Source: an uncultured Desulfovibrio sp.
GTDB lineage: Bacteria; Desulfobacterota; Desulfovibrionia; Desulfovibrionales; Desulfovibrionaceae
Assembly (NCBI GenBank): GCA_905235595.1
Contig: CAJOMG010000005.1
Coordinates: 7,119 to 71,118 of the forward strand
Length of the DNA stretch: 64,000 nt
Direction: 5' to 3'
The number at the start of each line of letters is the position of its first letter. Position 1 is the first letter of the stretch. Below, in pieces: positions 8,767 to 21,018 of the stretch. Below the pieces are notes generated by a model. It made no database searches and was not told the origin of the DNA. It saw nothing but the letters and a program-made list of their open reading frames with translations. The position numbers were made by a program, and so were the translations under genes.

Positions 8767-9911
8767 GCAGCAATCTCTCGCCGATAAATACGGTAACGCT
8801 TGACCAGTCGACCGCAAAAGTCCTCTATAAGTTCGTCAATGGCCACATTATCCTCCAACACCCATGACCCCTCCACCCATTGGAAAAGGGGATGTTGCCG
8901 CGCTTTTTCCAACATGTAATCCAACAGCAACAAAGGCAGGCCAAGGAGACGAAATTCTTCACGAATCCCAAACAGAATGATACGATAGCCACCACGAATC
9001 TCTGAACGTGCACGCCACCAATGCCACGGAGCAGTAATACCCAACTTCCCCTTGAGTCTTCGCAGCAGTGGTGCCATATCGGGCAGGGCAACCATACCCG
9101 CAGCAGGTTCGTGACCATGAAAGAAAAGCACAAAAAAATCCGGATCCAGCACGCTTGACAATTCCTTGACGTGCCGGGCAGCCTCACCAGCGGAAAGTGG
9201 AGAAAATCCCCAGTTTTTCGCCCATGAAACTCTGTATAATTCCAGCATTGTCTGTATGTCTTCTGCAAGAGTACTTCTGCTGGAAGTGCGGCAGGTAAAG
9301 TGACCTTCAGCCTTGAGGCGCGCCACTTCTTCACTCAGCTGAGAAGGAAGAGCAAGCGACGCACGCTCAATGAGGTAGGCAAAAAGATCCTGCTCTTTAC
9401 GTAGATGCCAACTTTCAAGCAATACAGGGTAATACGGCGGATTCCAAGGCATCATGATGGCAGGCGGCAGGTTAAACCCATGCACTAGCAAGCCGCAGGT
9501 GTAATTAGATGAAGGATTCAATGGACCACGCATAAAGACCATGCCCTCAGCTTTCAGCCAGCTATATGCGGCGTCAAGCAGAGCATGTGCTGCCTCATGG
9601 TCATTGACACATTCAAAAAAACCAAAAGCGCCACAGTTCTCACCAGCGTAGGCATTGTATTTTTCGTCAACAATCGCGGCAATGCGCCCCACGGGACGCC
9701 CATTGCGGACAGCCAAAAAAAGTTCACGTCGAGCCGTTTCCCAAAAGGGATGCTGCCCAGGAGTGAGCAGGCTCATTGTTTCAGAGCGCAAATCAGGAGT
9801 CCATTGCCGACTTGCTGCATGCAAATGGAAAGGGAAATCCACAAATGCGTTAAAATCAATAGCAGAACGAACAGGGATAACAATGGGCGGCATGGTATTT
9901 CTCAGAATCAT
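8763..9911 (-). CDS. GNAT-fold acyltransferase of the YghO / bacterial ceramide synthase-like family
   Basis: PVGRIAA, GAFGFFEC, MRGPLNP, CGLLVHGF, PPAIMMPWNPPYY, SWAKNWGF, SWVLEDN. ATGA overlap with the pyrD stop. Confidence 0.7.
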   Translation of the reverse strand: MILRNTMPPIVIPVRSAIDFNAFVDFPFHLHAASRQWTPDLRSETMSLLTPGQHPFWETARRELFLAVRNGRPVGRIAAIVDEKYNAYAGENCGAFGFFECVNDHEAAHALLDAAYSWLKAEGMVFMRGPLNPSSNYTCGLLVHGFNLPPAIMMPWNPPYYPVLLESWHLRKEQDLFAYLIERASLALPSQLSEEVARLKAEGHFTCRTSSRSTLAEDIQTMLELYRVSWAKNWGFSPLSAGEAARHVKELSSVLDPDFFVLFFHGHEPAAGMVALPDMAPLLRRLKGKLGITAPWHWWRARSEIRGGYRIILFGIREEFRLLGLPLLLLDYMLEKARQHPLFQWVEGSWVLEDNVAIDELIEDFCGRLVKRYRIYRREIAA

Positions 9912-10837
9912 GAATCCAGCTGCAAACTGCCACAAAAGGAGGTAAGATTATCAATACCCAACCGATCGCAAACAGCGGGTAGCGTCTGCGTCAGGGCAAA
10001 AGCGCAATCGGGGCGCACAAAATTGCCCGTGCCCACCTGTACGGCCTTGGCACCTACCAACATAAATTCCAGCGCGTCCTCCGCTGTCAGAATGCCACCC
10101 AATCCCACAACGGGAATCTTTACAGCTCGAGCTACTTGCCATACGCAACGCAACGCCACTGGCTTGATGGCTGGCCCGGAGAGCCCGCCCACCACATTTG
10201 CCAGCGAAGGACGTCGAGTTTGAATATCTACGGCCATACCAAGCAAGGTATTGATACAGGAAATACTGTCCGCCCCAGCATCTTCCACACTTCGCGCCAT
10301 AAGGGCAATATCCGTAACATTGGGTGAAAGCTTGACCATGATGTGCTTATGGGGCGCAGCACGACGTACGGCAGATGTAACAGCAGAGGCTAAAGCCGGA
10401 TCCTGCCCAAAGAGAGCCCCACCTGCCTTCACATTGGGGCAGGAAACATTAACCTCTAGTGCTGCGACACCTTCTTCCAGATCCAGCCGAGCCGCAAGTT
10501 CTGCAAATTCGTCGACAGACGCAGCATAGATATTTGCAATAATTGAAGTATTATGCCAAGGCAAACGTGGCAGTTTTTCAAGGCAAAAGGATTCTACACC
10601 GTCATTCTGCAATCCAACGGCATTAAGCATGCCCGCTGTGGTTTCAATGATACGTGGGGAGGAATTGCCTTCACGAGGATGCAGGGAAAGACCTTTTACA
10701 ACTATGCCTCCCAGTTCGGAAAGGTCACCATAGGTGACAAATTCCAGCCCGTAACCAAAGGTACCCGAGGCTGTGAGCACGGGATTCTTGAGAACGAGGT
10801 CACGGGTTTGCCCTTTAAGTGTGACAGAAAGATCCAT
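9908..10837 (-). CDS. pyrD: Dihydroorotate dehydrogenase B, catalytic subunit
   Basis: LKNPVLTASGTFGYG, NVSCPNVKAGG, KLSPNVTDI, GGLSGPAIKP. Confidence 0.95.
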   Translation of the reverse strand: MDLSVTLKGQTRDLVLKNPVLTASGTFGYGLEFVTYGDLSELGGIVVKGLSLHPREGNSSPRIIETTAGMLNAVGLQNDGVESFCLEKLPRLPWHNTSIIANIYAASVDEFAELAARLDLEEGVAALEVNVSCPNVKAGGALFGQDPALASAVTSAVRRAAPHKHIMVKLSPNVTDIALMARSVEDAGADSISCINTLLGMAVDIQTRRPSLANVVGGLSGPAIKPVALRCVWQVARAVKIPVVGLGGILTAEDALEFMLVGAKAVQVGTGNFVRPDCAFALTQTLPAVCDRLGIDNLTSFCGSLQLDS

Positions 10838-10868
10838 CTTGCTATCTCCATGGCCGAAATGCACCTAA

Positions 10869-11678
10869 CTACAGTGCAACCTGACTAGCCCAAAACACCG
10901 GACCATTGGTGCATACCTGCACATGGCGCTCGCGTTTTTCACCAACAGGCCATGCCGCCGTAGTTTTTGTCACACAACCAAGGCATGCTCCCACACCGCA
11001 TGCCATACGTGTCTCCAATGAAATCTGACATCGCACTCCCAGTTCTATGGCAAATGTCTGCACAGTACGCAAAAAAGGCGTGGGTCCGCATGCCAGGACC
11101 AAGCCCTTCAGTTCGGCATATTCGCGCATACGCTCCTGAATTGTAAAAATAAAATTATCCAGATCACCATTTTCAGGTTCGCGTAGGCTGTCCACAGGTA
11201 TGTGTTCGTTTATACTGTCCACGGGATAGCAACTGATGTGCTCACGATGGCCAAACAACATGGAAACATTCCAAGGTTTAAGATGCTCGCTCACATACCC
11301 CACAAAAGGCACAATCCCCATACCTCCGGCCAAAAGCAGCGTGGGAGTATCCGGTTCCATGACAAAACCGTTACCCAATGGTCCCCACACGCGCACCTTA
11401 TCGCCAGGCCGAAGCTCGGCCATGCGTCTGGTACCCCTGCCTCGCACCTGAAAAAAACAGATCATATGGCGAGCTGTCATATGACAAATAGCCAATGGCC
11501 GAGCCCAAGGGATATCAAAACCAAAATTATGGGGTCGCAGCATCACAAACTGGCCCGGACACCAAATATTCCAATTGGGACGGTCAAGGCGCAGTGCAAA
11601 AAAACGACTCTCATTGCCCGTTTGTCCAAACGGCACAAGATCAAGGACTTCAAGTTCGCAGGAATTAGGTTGTGACAT
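10869..11678 (-). CDS. pyrK: Dihydroorotate dehydrogenase electron transfer subunit
   Basis: PGQFVML, RPLAI, GPLGNGF, AGGMG, ACGP, ETRMACGVGACLGC...VCTNGPVF. Adjacent to pyrD. Confidence 0.93.
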   Translation of the reverse strand: MSQPNSCELEVLDLVPFGQTGNESRFFALRLDRPNWNIWCPGQFVMLRPHNFGFDIPWARPLAICHMTARHMICFFQVRGRGTRRMAELRPGDKVRVWGPLGNGFVMEPDTPTLLLAGGMGIVPFVGYVSEHLKPWNVSMLFGHREHISCYPVDSINEHIPVDSLREPENGDLDNFIFTIQERMREYAELKGLVLACGPTPFLRTVQTFAIELGVRCQISLETRMACGVGACLGCVTKTTAAWPVGEKRERHVQVCTNGPVFWASQVAL

Positions 11679-11806
11679 TGGTCTGTTATAGGCACACAGA
11701 AGGTGAACGGTCAACAAGAATGAAACCCCACCACACACCGCTAATTGAATTGACAGGGCCTTTTCAGCCCTTAGTTTGAGGAGTATATTTGGGGTCAGGA
11801 GTTATT

Positions 11807-12883
11807 ATGAAGAATGATATCTTTGCCACACGACGTGAAAAATTGCGCAGACTTGTGCACAAGCGAGGTCTTGATGCACTGCTTATCAGCCAGGCCGCCA
11901 ACAGGTTTTATCTCTCCGGATTCGAGTTGCATGACCCTCAATATAACGAAAGCGCTGGCAGCATAGTCATTACGGCCGATGGAAACGACTGGTTGGCAAC
12001 TGACCTTCGCTATAGTGAAACAGCTCTTCGCCTGTGGGACAAAGACCGTATTTTCATCTATAAAAATCACACTGCAGATCAAATCAATACATTATTACGA
12101 CGCTGCGGTAGCCGCATTGGCTTAGAGGCCCGAGGCATTAGCCTTGACTTCGCACGCAATCTTGCAAAGACAGGTTCTGGCCTCTATCTTGAAGCTGCAG
12201 ACGGCCTTGTAGAGCACTTACGTTGCATTAAAGACTCTGCAGAAGTCGCAGCACTCCAACAATCTTTTGAACTCAACCACAAACTCCTTCACTGGATTGA
12301 AGGGCAACTTGAACCGGGCCGTAGTGAACGTGAGATCAGCTGGATGATTGAGCGCTATTTCCGTGAGCATGGCGCCTCAGAACTGGCCTTTGCCAATATT
12401 GTAGCAGTAGGCCGCAATGCAGCCATCCCCCATGCCGTACCTGGTCAAGATACTATTACAAACAACTGTCCCGTTCTAATAGATGTCGGCTGCCGTGTGA
12501 ACAATTACTGTTCGGACCAAACCCGCACTTTTTGGGTAGGACCAACTCCCACAGACGACTATCAACATGCCCTGGAACTGACCCACAAAGCCCAAAATTT
12601 CGCCATCGAAAAAATGCACCCTGGCATGCCGTTAGCTGAGGTTTACGCTTTAGCCCGTTCAGTATTTGAACAGGCAGGTGTTGCTACGGCTTTTACCCAC
12701 GGGCTTGGACATGGTGTTGGACTTGAAACCCACGAAGCCCCAAGCCTATCTCCCATAGCCCAGGGCGTTCTCACACCGGGCATGGTTGTAACTGTAGAAC
12801 CAGGCCTGTACTATCCACAATGGGGAGGAGTTCGCTGGGAGTACACTGTGCTTGTTGAAGAAAACGGTGTAAAGATTCTTTAA
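11807..12883 (+). CDS. Xaa-Pro aminopeptidase (M24 family)
   Basis: IDVGC, YCSDQTRT, FTHGLGHGVGLETHEAP, TVEPGLY, GVRWE. Confidence 0.92.
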   Translation: MKNDIFATRREKLRRLVHKRGLDALLISQAANRFYLSGFELHDPQYNESAGSIVITADGNDWLATDLRYSETALRLWDKDRIFIYKNHTADQINTLLRRCGSRIGLEARGISLDFARNLAKTGSGLYLEAADGLVEHLRCIKDSAEVAALQQSFELNHKLLHWIEGQLEPGRSEREISWMIERYFREHGASELAFANIVAVGRNAAIPHAVPGQDTITNNCPVLIDVGCRVNNYCSDQTRTFWVGPTPTDDYQHALELTHKAQNFAIEKMHPGMPLAEVYALARSVFEQAGVATAFTHGLGHGVGLETHEAPSLSPIAQGVLTPGMVVTVEPGLYYPQWGGVRWEYTVLVEENGVKIL

Positions 12884-12945
12884 ATGACACGATCTGGCTG
12901 GACAGACTCTCACATATGTAAACTGCCCCAGCCTTTTTTGGCAGG

Positions 12946-13512
12946 ATGAACCAAACGATGGACTTTACCCATATTTTTCTTGTAGGTCCACGGGGCGCAG
13001 GGAAGACCACAGTTGGCAAACTCCTTGCTAAACGTCTGCTGCTGCCTTTTGAGGATACAGATGCCTTTCTGCAACACCAAGAAGGTCGTAGTGTGCGTGA
13101 AATTGTGCATTCTGAAGGATGGTCAGGCTTTCGCTTACGAGAATGCACAACACTGCGCACAGTGACTAATAGTATGTCACATGGAGGCGTCATCGCCACA
13201 GGTGGTGGTATTGTGCTGGACAATGGGAATTGCATGTTTATGCGGGAGCATGGCACGGTTTTCTACCTGTCAGCTTCGGCAGAAGAATTGACGCAACGCT
13301 TGGCCGCATCCCCCCTTGCTTCTCAACGGCCTCCTCTTACCGGAGCTCCTCTTCTAGAAGAAATGACTTCAGTGCTAGCAGAACGCCATGATCTGTATTG
13401 TTCAGTTGCGCATCACATAATTAACGCCTTATATACCCCCAGCACACTTTGCGAGGAGATAGCGACAATACTCCAGCCTCTCCAACATAATGATCTAAAA
13501 AGAAAAGACTAG
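12946..13512 (+). CDS. aroL: Shikimate kinase
   Basis: GPRGAGKTTVG P-loop, DTD, FRLRE, IATGGGIV, RPPL. Confidence 0.9.
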   Translation: MNQTMDFTHIFLVGPRGAGKTTVGKLLAKRLLLPFEDTDAFLQHQEGRSVREIVHSEGWSGFRLRECTTLRTVTNSMSHGGVIATGGGIVLDNGNCMFMREHGTVFYLSASAEELTQRLAASPLASQRPPLTGAPLLEEMTSVLAERHDLYCSVAHHIINALYTPSTLCEEIATILQPLQHNDLKRKD

Positions 13513-13635
13513 TGACATATTGTAAAAAAATGTTGTGAAGCTTACACATTTTGTCTCCAATACCCTTTGACATAATAGGTTCAAGCAGCTATTCTCAAGT
13601 CCGGTAATTATTTCGCTTTTAGGGGAGGAAGCGGT

Positions 13636-14055
13636 ATGCTGGATCTCAATATTACCATGCTTTTTCAGCTGGTGAATTTTTTTGTAGCCCTTTTTGTACT
13701 CAATATCCTCCTGATCCGGCCTATCCGGGACATCATAAAAAAGCGTAAAGGCATTATGGATGACATGTCTGAAGAGGCATCTTCCTTTGAAAGCCAAGCA
13801 ACAGAACGGCTAAATAACTATGAGGCTACATTGGCGCACGCACGGCAGGATGCAAGTGCCGCTCGTGAGGATGGTCGCACGGCCGGCATACAAGAACAAC
13901 AGAAGCTCGTTGCCGATGCGCAACAGAAAGCACACAGTATACTTGCAGAGGCACGCACTTCGCTTCAGGCTCAAGCCTCTGAAGCACTTGCTGCACTACG
14001 CAAGCAAACAGACGCCATGGCCAGCACTCTGGCTGATCGTCTCATCAAGGGGTAA
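13636..14055 (+). CDS. atpF: ATP synthase F0 subunit b'
   Basis: N-terminal TM helix (LFQLVNFFVALFVLNILLIRPI) then coiled coil. First gene of the atp operon. Confidence 0.88.
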   Translation: MLDLNITMLFQLVNFFVALFVLNILLIRPIRDIIKKRKGIMDDMSEEASSFESQATERLNNYEATLAHARQDASAAREDGRTAGIQEQQKLVADAQQKAHSILAEARTSLQAQASEALAALRKQTDAMASTLADRLIKG

Positions 14056-14144
14056 CATGCTGCTTAGGCTCATGCCATCATGGGGCTAGTGCCTCGTGTG
14101 GTAAGGCAAAGGTGATTTCAGGTTATGAGCAGAGGGGGTGGACT

Positions 14145-14726
14145 TTGAGCAAATGGAAAAACGCGGTTTATTGGGTTCCGCTCGTTCTTGTTTTTGCCGT
14201 GCTAATGGCACTCCCTATGGAGGCACTAGCTTCGGAAGGTCATGATGCGCCCCGTTGGGGCGACTTCGGCTGGCGTGTGATCAATCTGATCATCTTTGCC
14301 GCAATACTCTGGCACTTTGTTGGTGGTTTAGCGAAACGTTTTTTCAAGGGACGTCGCGAGACCATCAAAAATTCTCTGGATGAACTTGATGCACGTCGCA
14401 CCAGAGCCAAGGAACAGCTTGCTACTGTTGAACAGCGAATTGCCAACCTTGACGCCGAGAGGGAATCTATTCTGTCCGAGAGCCGTAAACAAGCCGAGGA
14501 TATGAAACGTGGCATTATAGCAGAGGCACACCGTCAGGCTGCACAGATTGTGGAACAGGCACGGTTAACCGCAGAAAGTGAAGGTCGTGCCATCATAGCG
14601 GAAGTGCGCGCCACAATTGCAGACGAAATTGTCGACGCTGCAGAACGTGTTTTGAGCAATAAGCTTACGCCAGAACAGCATGACAGACTTATTACCAACT
14701 CGCTTAACAAGGTGGTGCTCCATTGA
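14145..14726 (+). CDS. atpF: ATP synthase F0 subunit b
   Basis: WGDFGWRVINLIIF TM segment plus coiled coil. TTG start after GAGGGGG. Confidence 0.88.
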   Translation: MSKWKNAVYWVPLVLVFAVLMALPMEALASEGHDAPRWGDFGWRVINLIIFAAILWHFVGGLAKRFFKGRRETIKNSLDELDARRTRAKEQLATVEQRIANLDAERESILSESRKQAEDMKRGIIAEAHRQAAQIVEQARLTAESEGRAIIAEVRATIADEIVDAAERVLSNKLTPEQHDRLITNSLNKVVLH

Positions 14727-15274
14727 TTAACACCGTGGTTGCACGCAGGTATGCCAACGCTATTTTTGCGCTCGGCAAAAAAGATGGGGATACCGCCCTC
14801 AATGCACGGGGCGAGTGTTTCGCGGCCATTGTGGAGATGCTTAAATCTTCAACAGATCTTGACCATACGCTGAAAAGCCCGGTTATTGGAATTGAAGAAA
14901 AAAAGAAGCTGCTCGACAAGTTGCTGCATAAAATTAAGGCAGATGCGACTCTCCGTAATTTCTGTTTTTTGCTGGCAGATAAGGAGCGACTCGCTTTTTT
15001 GGGAGAAATAGCCGCATATTACGGCAAACTGCTGGACGAAGCCAAGGGCATCATCCGAGGTCAGTGTATCACAGCAGTGAAACTTTCCGCAGACAAAAAG
15101 TCCAAGCTCAAAGAAACGCTGCAAAAAAAAGCCGGCGCCGATATTGAGCTGACCTTTGCCGTGGACAAAGACATCCTGGGAGGTATGGTGCTCAAAATGG
15201 GTGACCGGGTGCTGGACGCAAGTCTGCGCGCGCAGTTGGGAATCCTTCGGGATACTTTCAAGAGGGGTGAGTAG
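14723..15274 (+). CDS. atpH: ATP synthase F1 subunit delta
   Basis: VARRYANA, VDKDILGG, DRVLDASL. Confidence 0.93.
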   Translation: MINTVVARRYANAIFALGKKDGDTALNARGECFAAIVEMLKSSTDLDHTLKSPVIGIEEKKKLLDKLLHKIKADATLRNFCFLLADKERLAFLGEIAAYYGKLLDEAKGIIRGQCITAVKLSADKKSKLKETLQKKAGADIELTFAVDKDILGGMVLKMGDRVLDASLRAQLGILRDTFKRGE

Positions 15275-15277
15275 CAC

Positions 15278-16786
15278 ATGCAGATCAAAGCGGAAGAGAT
15301 AAGCAAGATCATAGAGGATCAAATCAAAAACTACGAGCAGCGCGTAGAGATGAGCGAAACCGGCACTGTGCTTTATGTCGGTGATGGGATTGCCCGCGTC
15401 TACGGTGTGCAAAACGCCATGCAGATGGAATTGCTGGAATTTCCCGGCGGCGTCATGGGCATGGTTTTGAACCTTGAAGAAGACAATGTCGGTGTTGCGC
15501 TGCTCGGTTCGGATGTAGGCATCAAGGAAGGGGATCCTGTCAAACGTACTGGCAAAGTCTTTTCAGTGCCAGTAGGCGACAGCGTTATGGGACGTGTACT
15601 CAACCCATTGGGGGAACCCCTGGACGGTCTCGGCCCAATTGAGGCATCTGAAGTGCGTCCAGTGGAAATCAAAGCTCCGGGTATCATTGCCCGTAAGAGC
15701 GTGCATGAGCCCATGCCTACAGGGCTTAAGGCCATTGACGCCATGACGCCTATTGGCCGCGGTCAACGTGAACTCATCATTGGAGATCGCCAGACCGGTA
15801 AAACAGCCGTATGTATTGATGCCATTTTAGCTCAGAAAGAAACTGATATTCACTGCTTCTATGTGGCTATAGGGCAGAAGAAATCTTCTGTGGCGTTGGT
15901 GGCCGATACCCTGCGCCGCTATGGCGCGATGGAATACACTACCATCATCTCAGCAACGGCTTCTGACCCAGCGCCGCTACAGTATATTGCTGCCTATACG
16001 GGCTGCACAATGGCTGAATACTACCGCAACAGCGGCAAACATGCCCTTATTGTTTATGATGATCTGTCAAAACAGGCTGTAGCCTATAGGCAGATGTCAC
16101 TATTGCTACGTCGTCCGCCAGGACGTGAGGCCTTCCCCGGCGACGTATTCTATCTGCATTCTCGTCTGCTGGAGCGTGCAGCCAAGGTTAGTGACAAGCT
16201 TGGTGCAGGTTCTTTGACGGCTTTGCCTATCATAGAAACACAAGCTGGCGACGTTTCAGCGTATATCCCCACGAACGTGATATCCATCACAGACGGTCAG
16301 GTATATTTGGAACCCAACCTTTTCAATGCAGGTGTACGCCCGGCCATTAATGTGGGACTCTCCGTCTCTCGTGTGGGTGGTGCAGCACAAATAAAAGCAA
16401 TGAAGCAGGTTGCAGGTACCATGCGGCTTGACTTGGCTCAATACCGCGAACTAGCAGCCTTTGCTCAGTTTGGTTCTGACCTTGATAAAGCAACCAAGGC
16501 AAAACTGGAACGCGGGGCACGCCTTGTTGAACTGCTCAAACAGCCTCAGTACAGACCTATGCCCTCCCAGGAACAGGTGGCTTCCATATACGCAGCAACT
16601 CATGGCTATATGGATGATGTAGCTGTTGATAACATACGAAAATTTGAGGATGACATGCTTACTTTCTTGCGTGATGCCAAGAAGGAAGTATTGGAAGCCA
16701 TCAAGGAAAAGAAAGTCATTGATGAAGCTGTGGAAAAAGCTCTCGTAGATGCCATTTCCGCCTTCAAGCAGGGCTGGAAGGCCTAG
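15278..16786 (+). CDS. atpA: ATP synthase F1 subunit alpha
   Basis: [31 protein letters not shown]. Confidence 0.98.
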   Translation: MQIKAEEISKIIEDQIKNYEQRVEMSETGTVLYVGDGIARVYGVQNAMQMELLEFPGGVMGMVLNLEEDNVGVALLGSDVGIKEGDPVKRTGKVFSVPVGDSVMGRVLNPLGEPLDGLGPIEASEVRPVEIKAPGIIARKSVHEPMPTGLKAIDAMTPIGRGQRELIIGDRQTGKTAVCIDAILAQKETDIHCFYVAIGQKKSSVALVADTLRRYGAMEYTTIISATASDPAPLQYIAAYTGCTMAEYYRNSGKHALIVYDDLSKQAVAYRQMSLLLRRPPGREAFPGDVFYLHSRLLERAAKVSDKLGAGSLTALPIIETQAGDVSAYIPTNVISITDGQVYLEPNLFNAGVRPAINVGLSVSRVGGAAQIKAMKQVAGTMRLDLAQYRELAAFAQFGSDLDKATKAKLERGARLVELLKQPQYRPMPSQEQVASIYAATHGYMDDVAVDNIRKFEDDMLTFLRDAKKEVLEAIKEKKVIDEAVEKALVDAISAFKQGWKA

Positions 16787-16812
16787 AGCCCTCCTCTAAA
16801 AGGGAGAAAACC

Positions 16813-19126
<2,314 letters not shown>

Positions 19127-19141
19127 CACATTGTCTATATT

Positions 19142-19189
19142 TGTTAGTCACCGGTCCGCGTTTATTAATATGAGGTCCGGTGACTAACA
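19142..19189 (+). promoter_or_regulatory. Intercistronic stem-loop between atpD and atpC
   Basis: TGTTAGTCACCGG ... CCGGTGACTAACA, perfect 13-bp stem, no U-tract. Confidence 0.6.
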
Positions 19190-19219
19190 GCAGGGAATAT
19201 AGGGAGCGAAGGAGATTAT

Positions 19220-19621
19220 ATGGGCACGCTGCAGCTTGAAGTGGTCACGCCGGATAAAACCGTAGTCAGTACTGCGGTTGAGATGGCAGTCTGCCCCGGC
19301 GTGGAGGGCGAATTCGGCGTGCTGCCCCAGCACGTTTCTCTGCTCTCCGCTCTGAAGATTGGAGGTTTACGCTACCGGATAGACGGTAAGGACGAATATG
19401 TTTTTGTATCCGGCGGCTTTGCTGATGTTAATGACAATGTGCTTACTGTGCTCGCTGAATCAGCTGAACGTGCAGCAGATATTGACACTGCACGTGCTAA
19501 GGCAGCCAAAGAACGTGCAGAAAAAAGAATTGCTGAGCATGCGGATACTATTGATATGACGCGTGCGGAAGCATCTCTGCAACGTGCAATTGTACGTTTG
19601 CAGCTAGCACAATTACACTAA
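19220..19621 (+). CDS. atpC: ATP synthase F1 subunit epsilon
   Basis: [28 protein letters not shown]. Confidence 0.96.
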   Translation: MGTLQLEVVTPDKTVVSTAVEMAVCPGVEGEFGVLPQHVSLLSALKIGGLRYRIDGKDEYVFVSGGFADVNDNVLTVLAESAERAADIDTARAKAAKERAEKRIAEHADTIDMTRAEASLQRAIVRLQLAQLH

Positions 19622-19648
19622 AGCCAGTCAGTAACATTTTTTACATAT

Positions 19649-19678
19649 GGCCGTATGTACAAACCGTACATACGGCCA
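19649..19678 (+). terminator. Hairpin after atpC
   Basis: GGCCGTATGTAC-AAACC-GTACATACGGCC, perfect 12-bp stem. Confidence 0.6.
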
Positions 19679-19719
19679 TCCTAGTTTTATCAAAAAAACG
19701 TTACACGCAGGATTCATCC

Positions 19720-20937
19720 GTGTACACACAACATCTTCTTTTCGATACAACACGCATCCCATCACCATGCTATGTACTTAATGAAGCACAACTGCGTGCC
19801 AACGCGGATATTCTTAACCATGTACAAGAACGAACCGGGGCAAAAATTCTTTTAGCTCTTAAGAGCTTTGCAGCATGGGCTACCTTTCCTCTACTTTCGA
19901 GAGAGAGAGGAAACGGGCCTCTCTGGGGCTGCTGTGCAAGTTCTGTCGATGAAGCAAGGCTAGCACGCGAAGAATTCGGCGGGGAGGTACATGCCTTTGC
20001 AGCAGCCTGGAATCAAAGGGAAATGGCTGAGTTGCTTCCTCTTGTAGACTACATTATTTTTAATTCTCTGACACAATGGCGTCGGTTTGCTCCAACTATA
20101 GCCTGGTTCAATCAGAGTCGCTGTCCACAACGACAAATCCAATGTGGGCTACGTATAAATCCAGAACATTCCGAGGGTGCCCCAGACATATATAACCCCT
20201 GCGCCCCAGGGTCACGTTTGGGTGTGCGCAAGGTGCATTTAGATGCTAGTGCAATGGAAGGCATATCAGGCTTGCATTTTCATTCCCTTTGTGAGCAAGG
20301 GGCAGATGCTTTAGAGCGTACACTAGCGGCTATTCAAAACCAGTTCCACCACTTTCTCCCTCAGTGCGACTGGATAAACATGGGTGGGGGACACCATATA
20401 ACAAAATCAGGCTATGACCTTGAACTTCTTTGTCACTGTCTTATCTCATGGCGCAATACCTACAAGGCACAAATCTATCTTGAACCGGGAGAAGCTGTGG
20501 CACTTGATGCAGGATGGCTTGTCACCACTGTGCTCGATGTCGTTCAGGCAGATATGCCCATTGCCATACTGGACATAGGTGTTCCCTGCCATATGCCGGA
20601 TGTCATTGAAATGCCTTATCGACCTAGAGTTCTCTATGTTGACAATTCATTAACTGACCTTGCAGGAATGCCTGGCGAAAAAAAATGGACATGTCGCCTT
20701 GCAGGAAAATCATGCCTTGCGGGAGATGTTGTAGGTGAATATTCATTCAATGTTCCTATCAAACTAGGGCAGAGATTGATTTTTGAAGATATGGCTATCT
20801 ACAGCATGGTAAAGACAACAACTTTCAATGGCCTGCGGCTGCCATCTATAGGTATATGCGAAAAAAGGGACAATGCACTATCATTTCGAATGCTGCGAGA
20901 ATTTTGCTATGAAGACTTCAAAAATCGGCTCTCGTAG
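19720..20937 (+). CDS. nspC: Carboxynorspermidine/carboxyspermidine decarboxylase
   Basis: TRIPSPCYVL, LALKSF (PLP lysine), YNPCAPGSRLG, GLHFH, NMGGGHHIT, LEPGEA, CHMPDV, SCLAGD, TFNG. Confidence 0.92.
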   Translation: MYTQHLLFDTTRIPSPCYVLNEAQLRANADILNHVQERTGAKILLALKSFAAWATFPLLSRERGNGPLWGCCASSVDEARLAREEFGGEVHAFAAAWNQREMAELLPLVDYIIFNSLTQWRRFAPTIAWFNQSRCPQRQIQCGLRINPEHSEGAPDIYNPCAPGSRLGVRKVHLDASAMEGISGLHFHSLCEQGADALERTLAAIQNQFHHFLPQCDWINMGGGHHITKSGYDLELLCHCLISWRNTYKAQIYLEPGEAVALDAGWLVTTVLDVVQADMPIAILDIGVPCHMPDVIEMPYRPRVLYVDNSLTDLAGMPGEKKWTCRLAGKSCLAGDVVGEYSFNVPIKLGQRLIFEDMAIYSMVKTTTFNGLRLPSIGICEKRDNALSFRMLREFCYEDFKNRLS

Positions 20938-21018
20938 CAACTCGGTCCACATTCTGACCTATTATTTTAAGATAACGACAGCATGATCAGGCACTTGGCT
21001 ATCTAAGGGATACTCAGC

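Noticed and set aside
13512-13560. Possible Rex operator (TTGTGAAGCTTACACA) upstream of the atp operon
   Set aside because: The right half-site and spacing do not fit TTGTGAA-N4-TTCACAA
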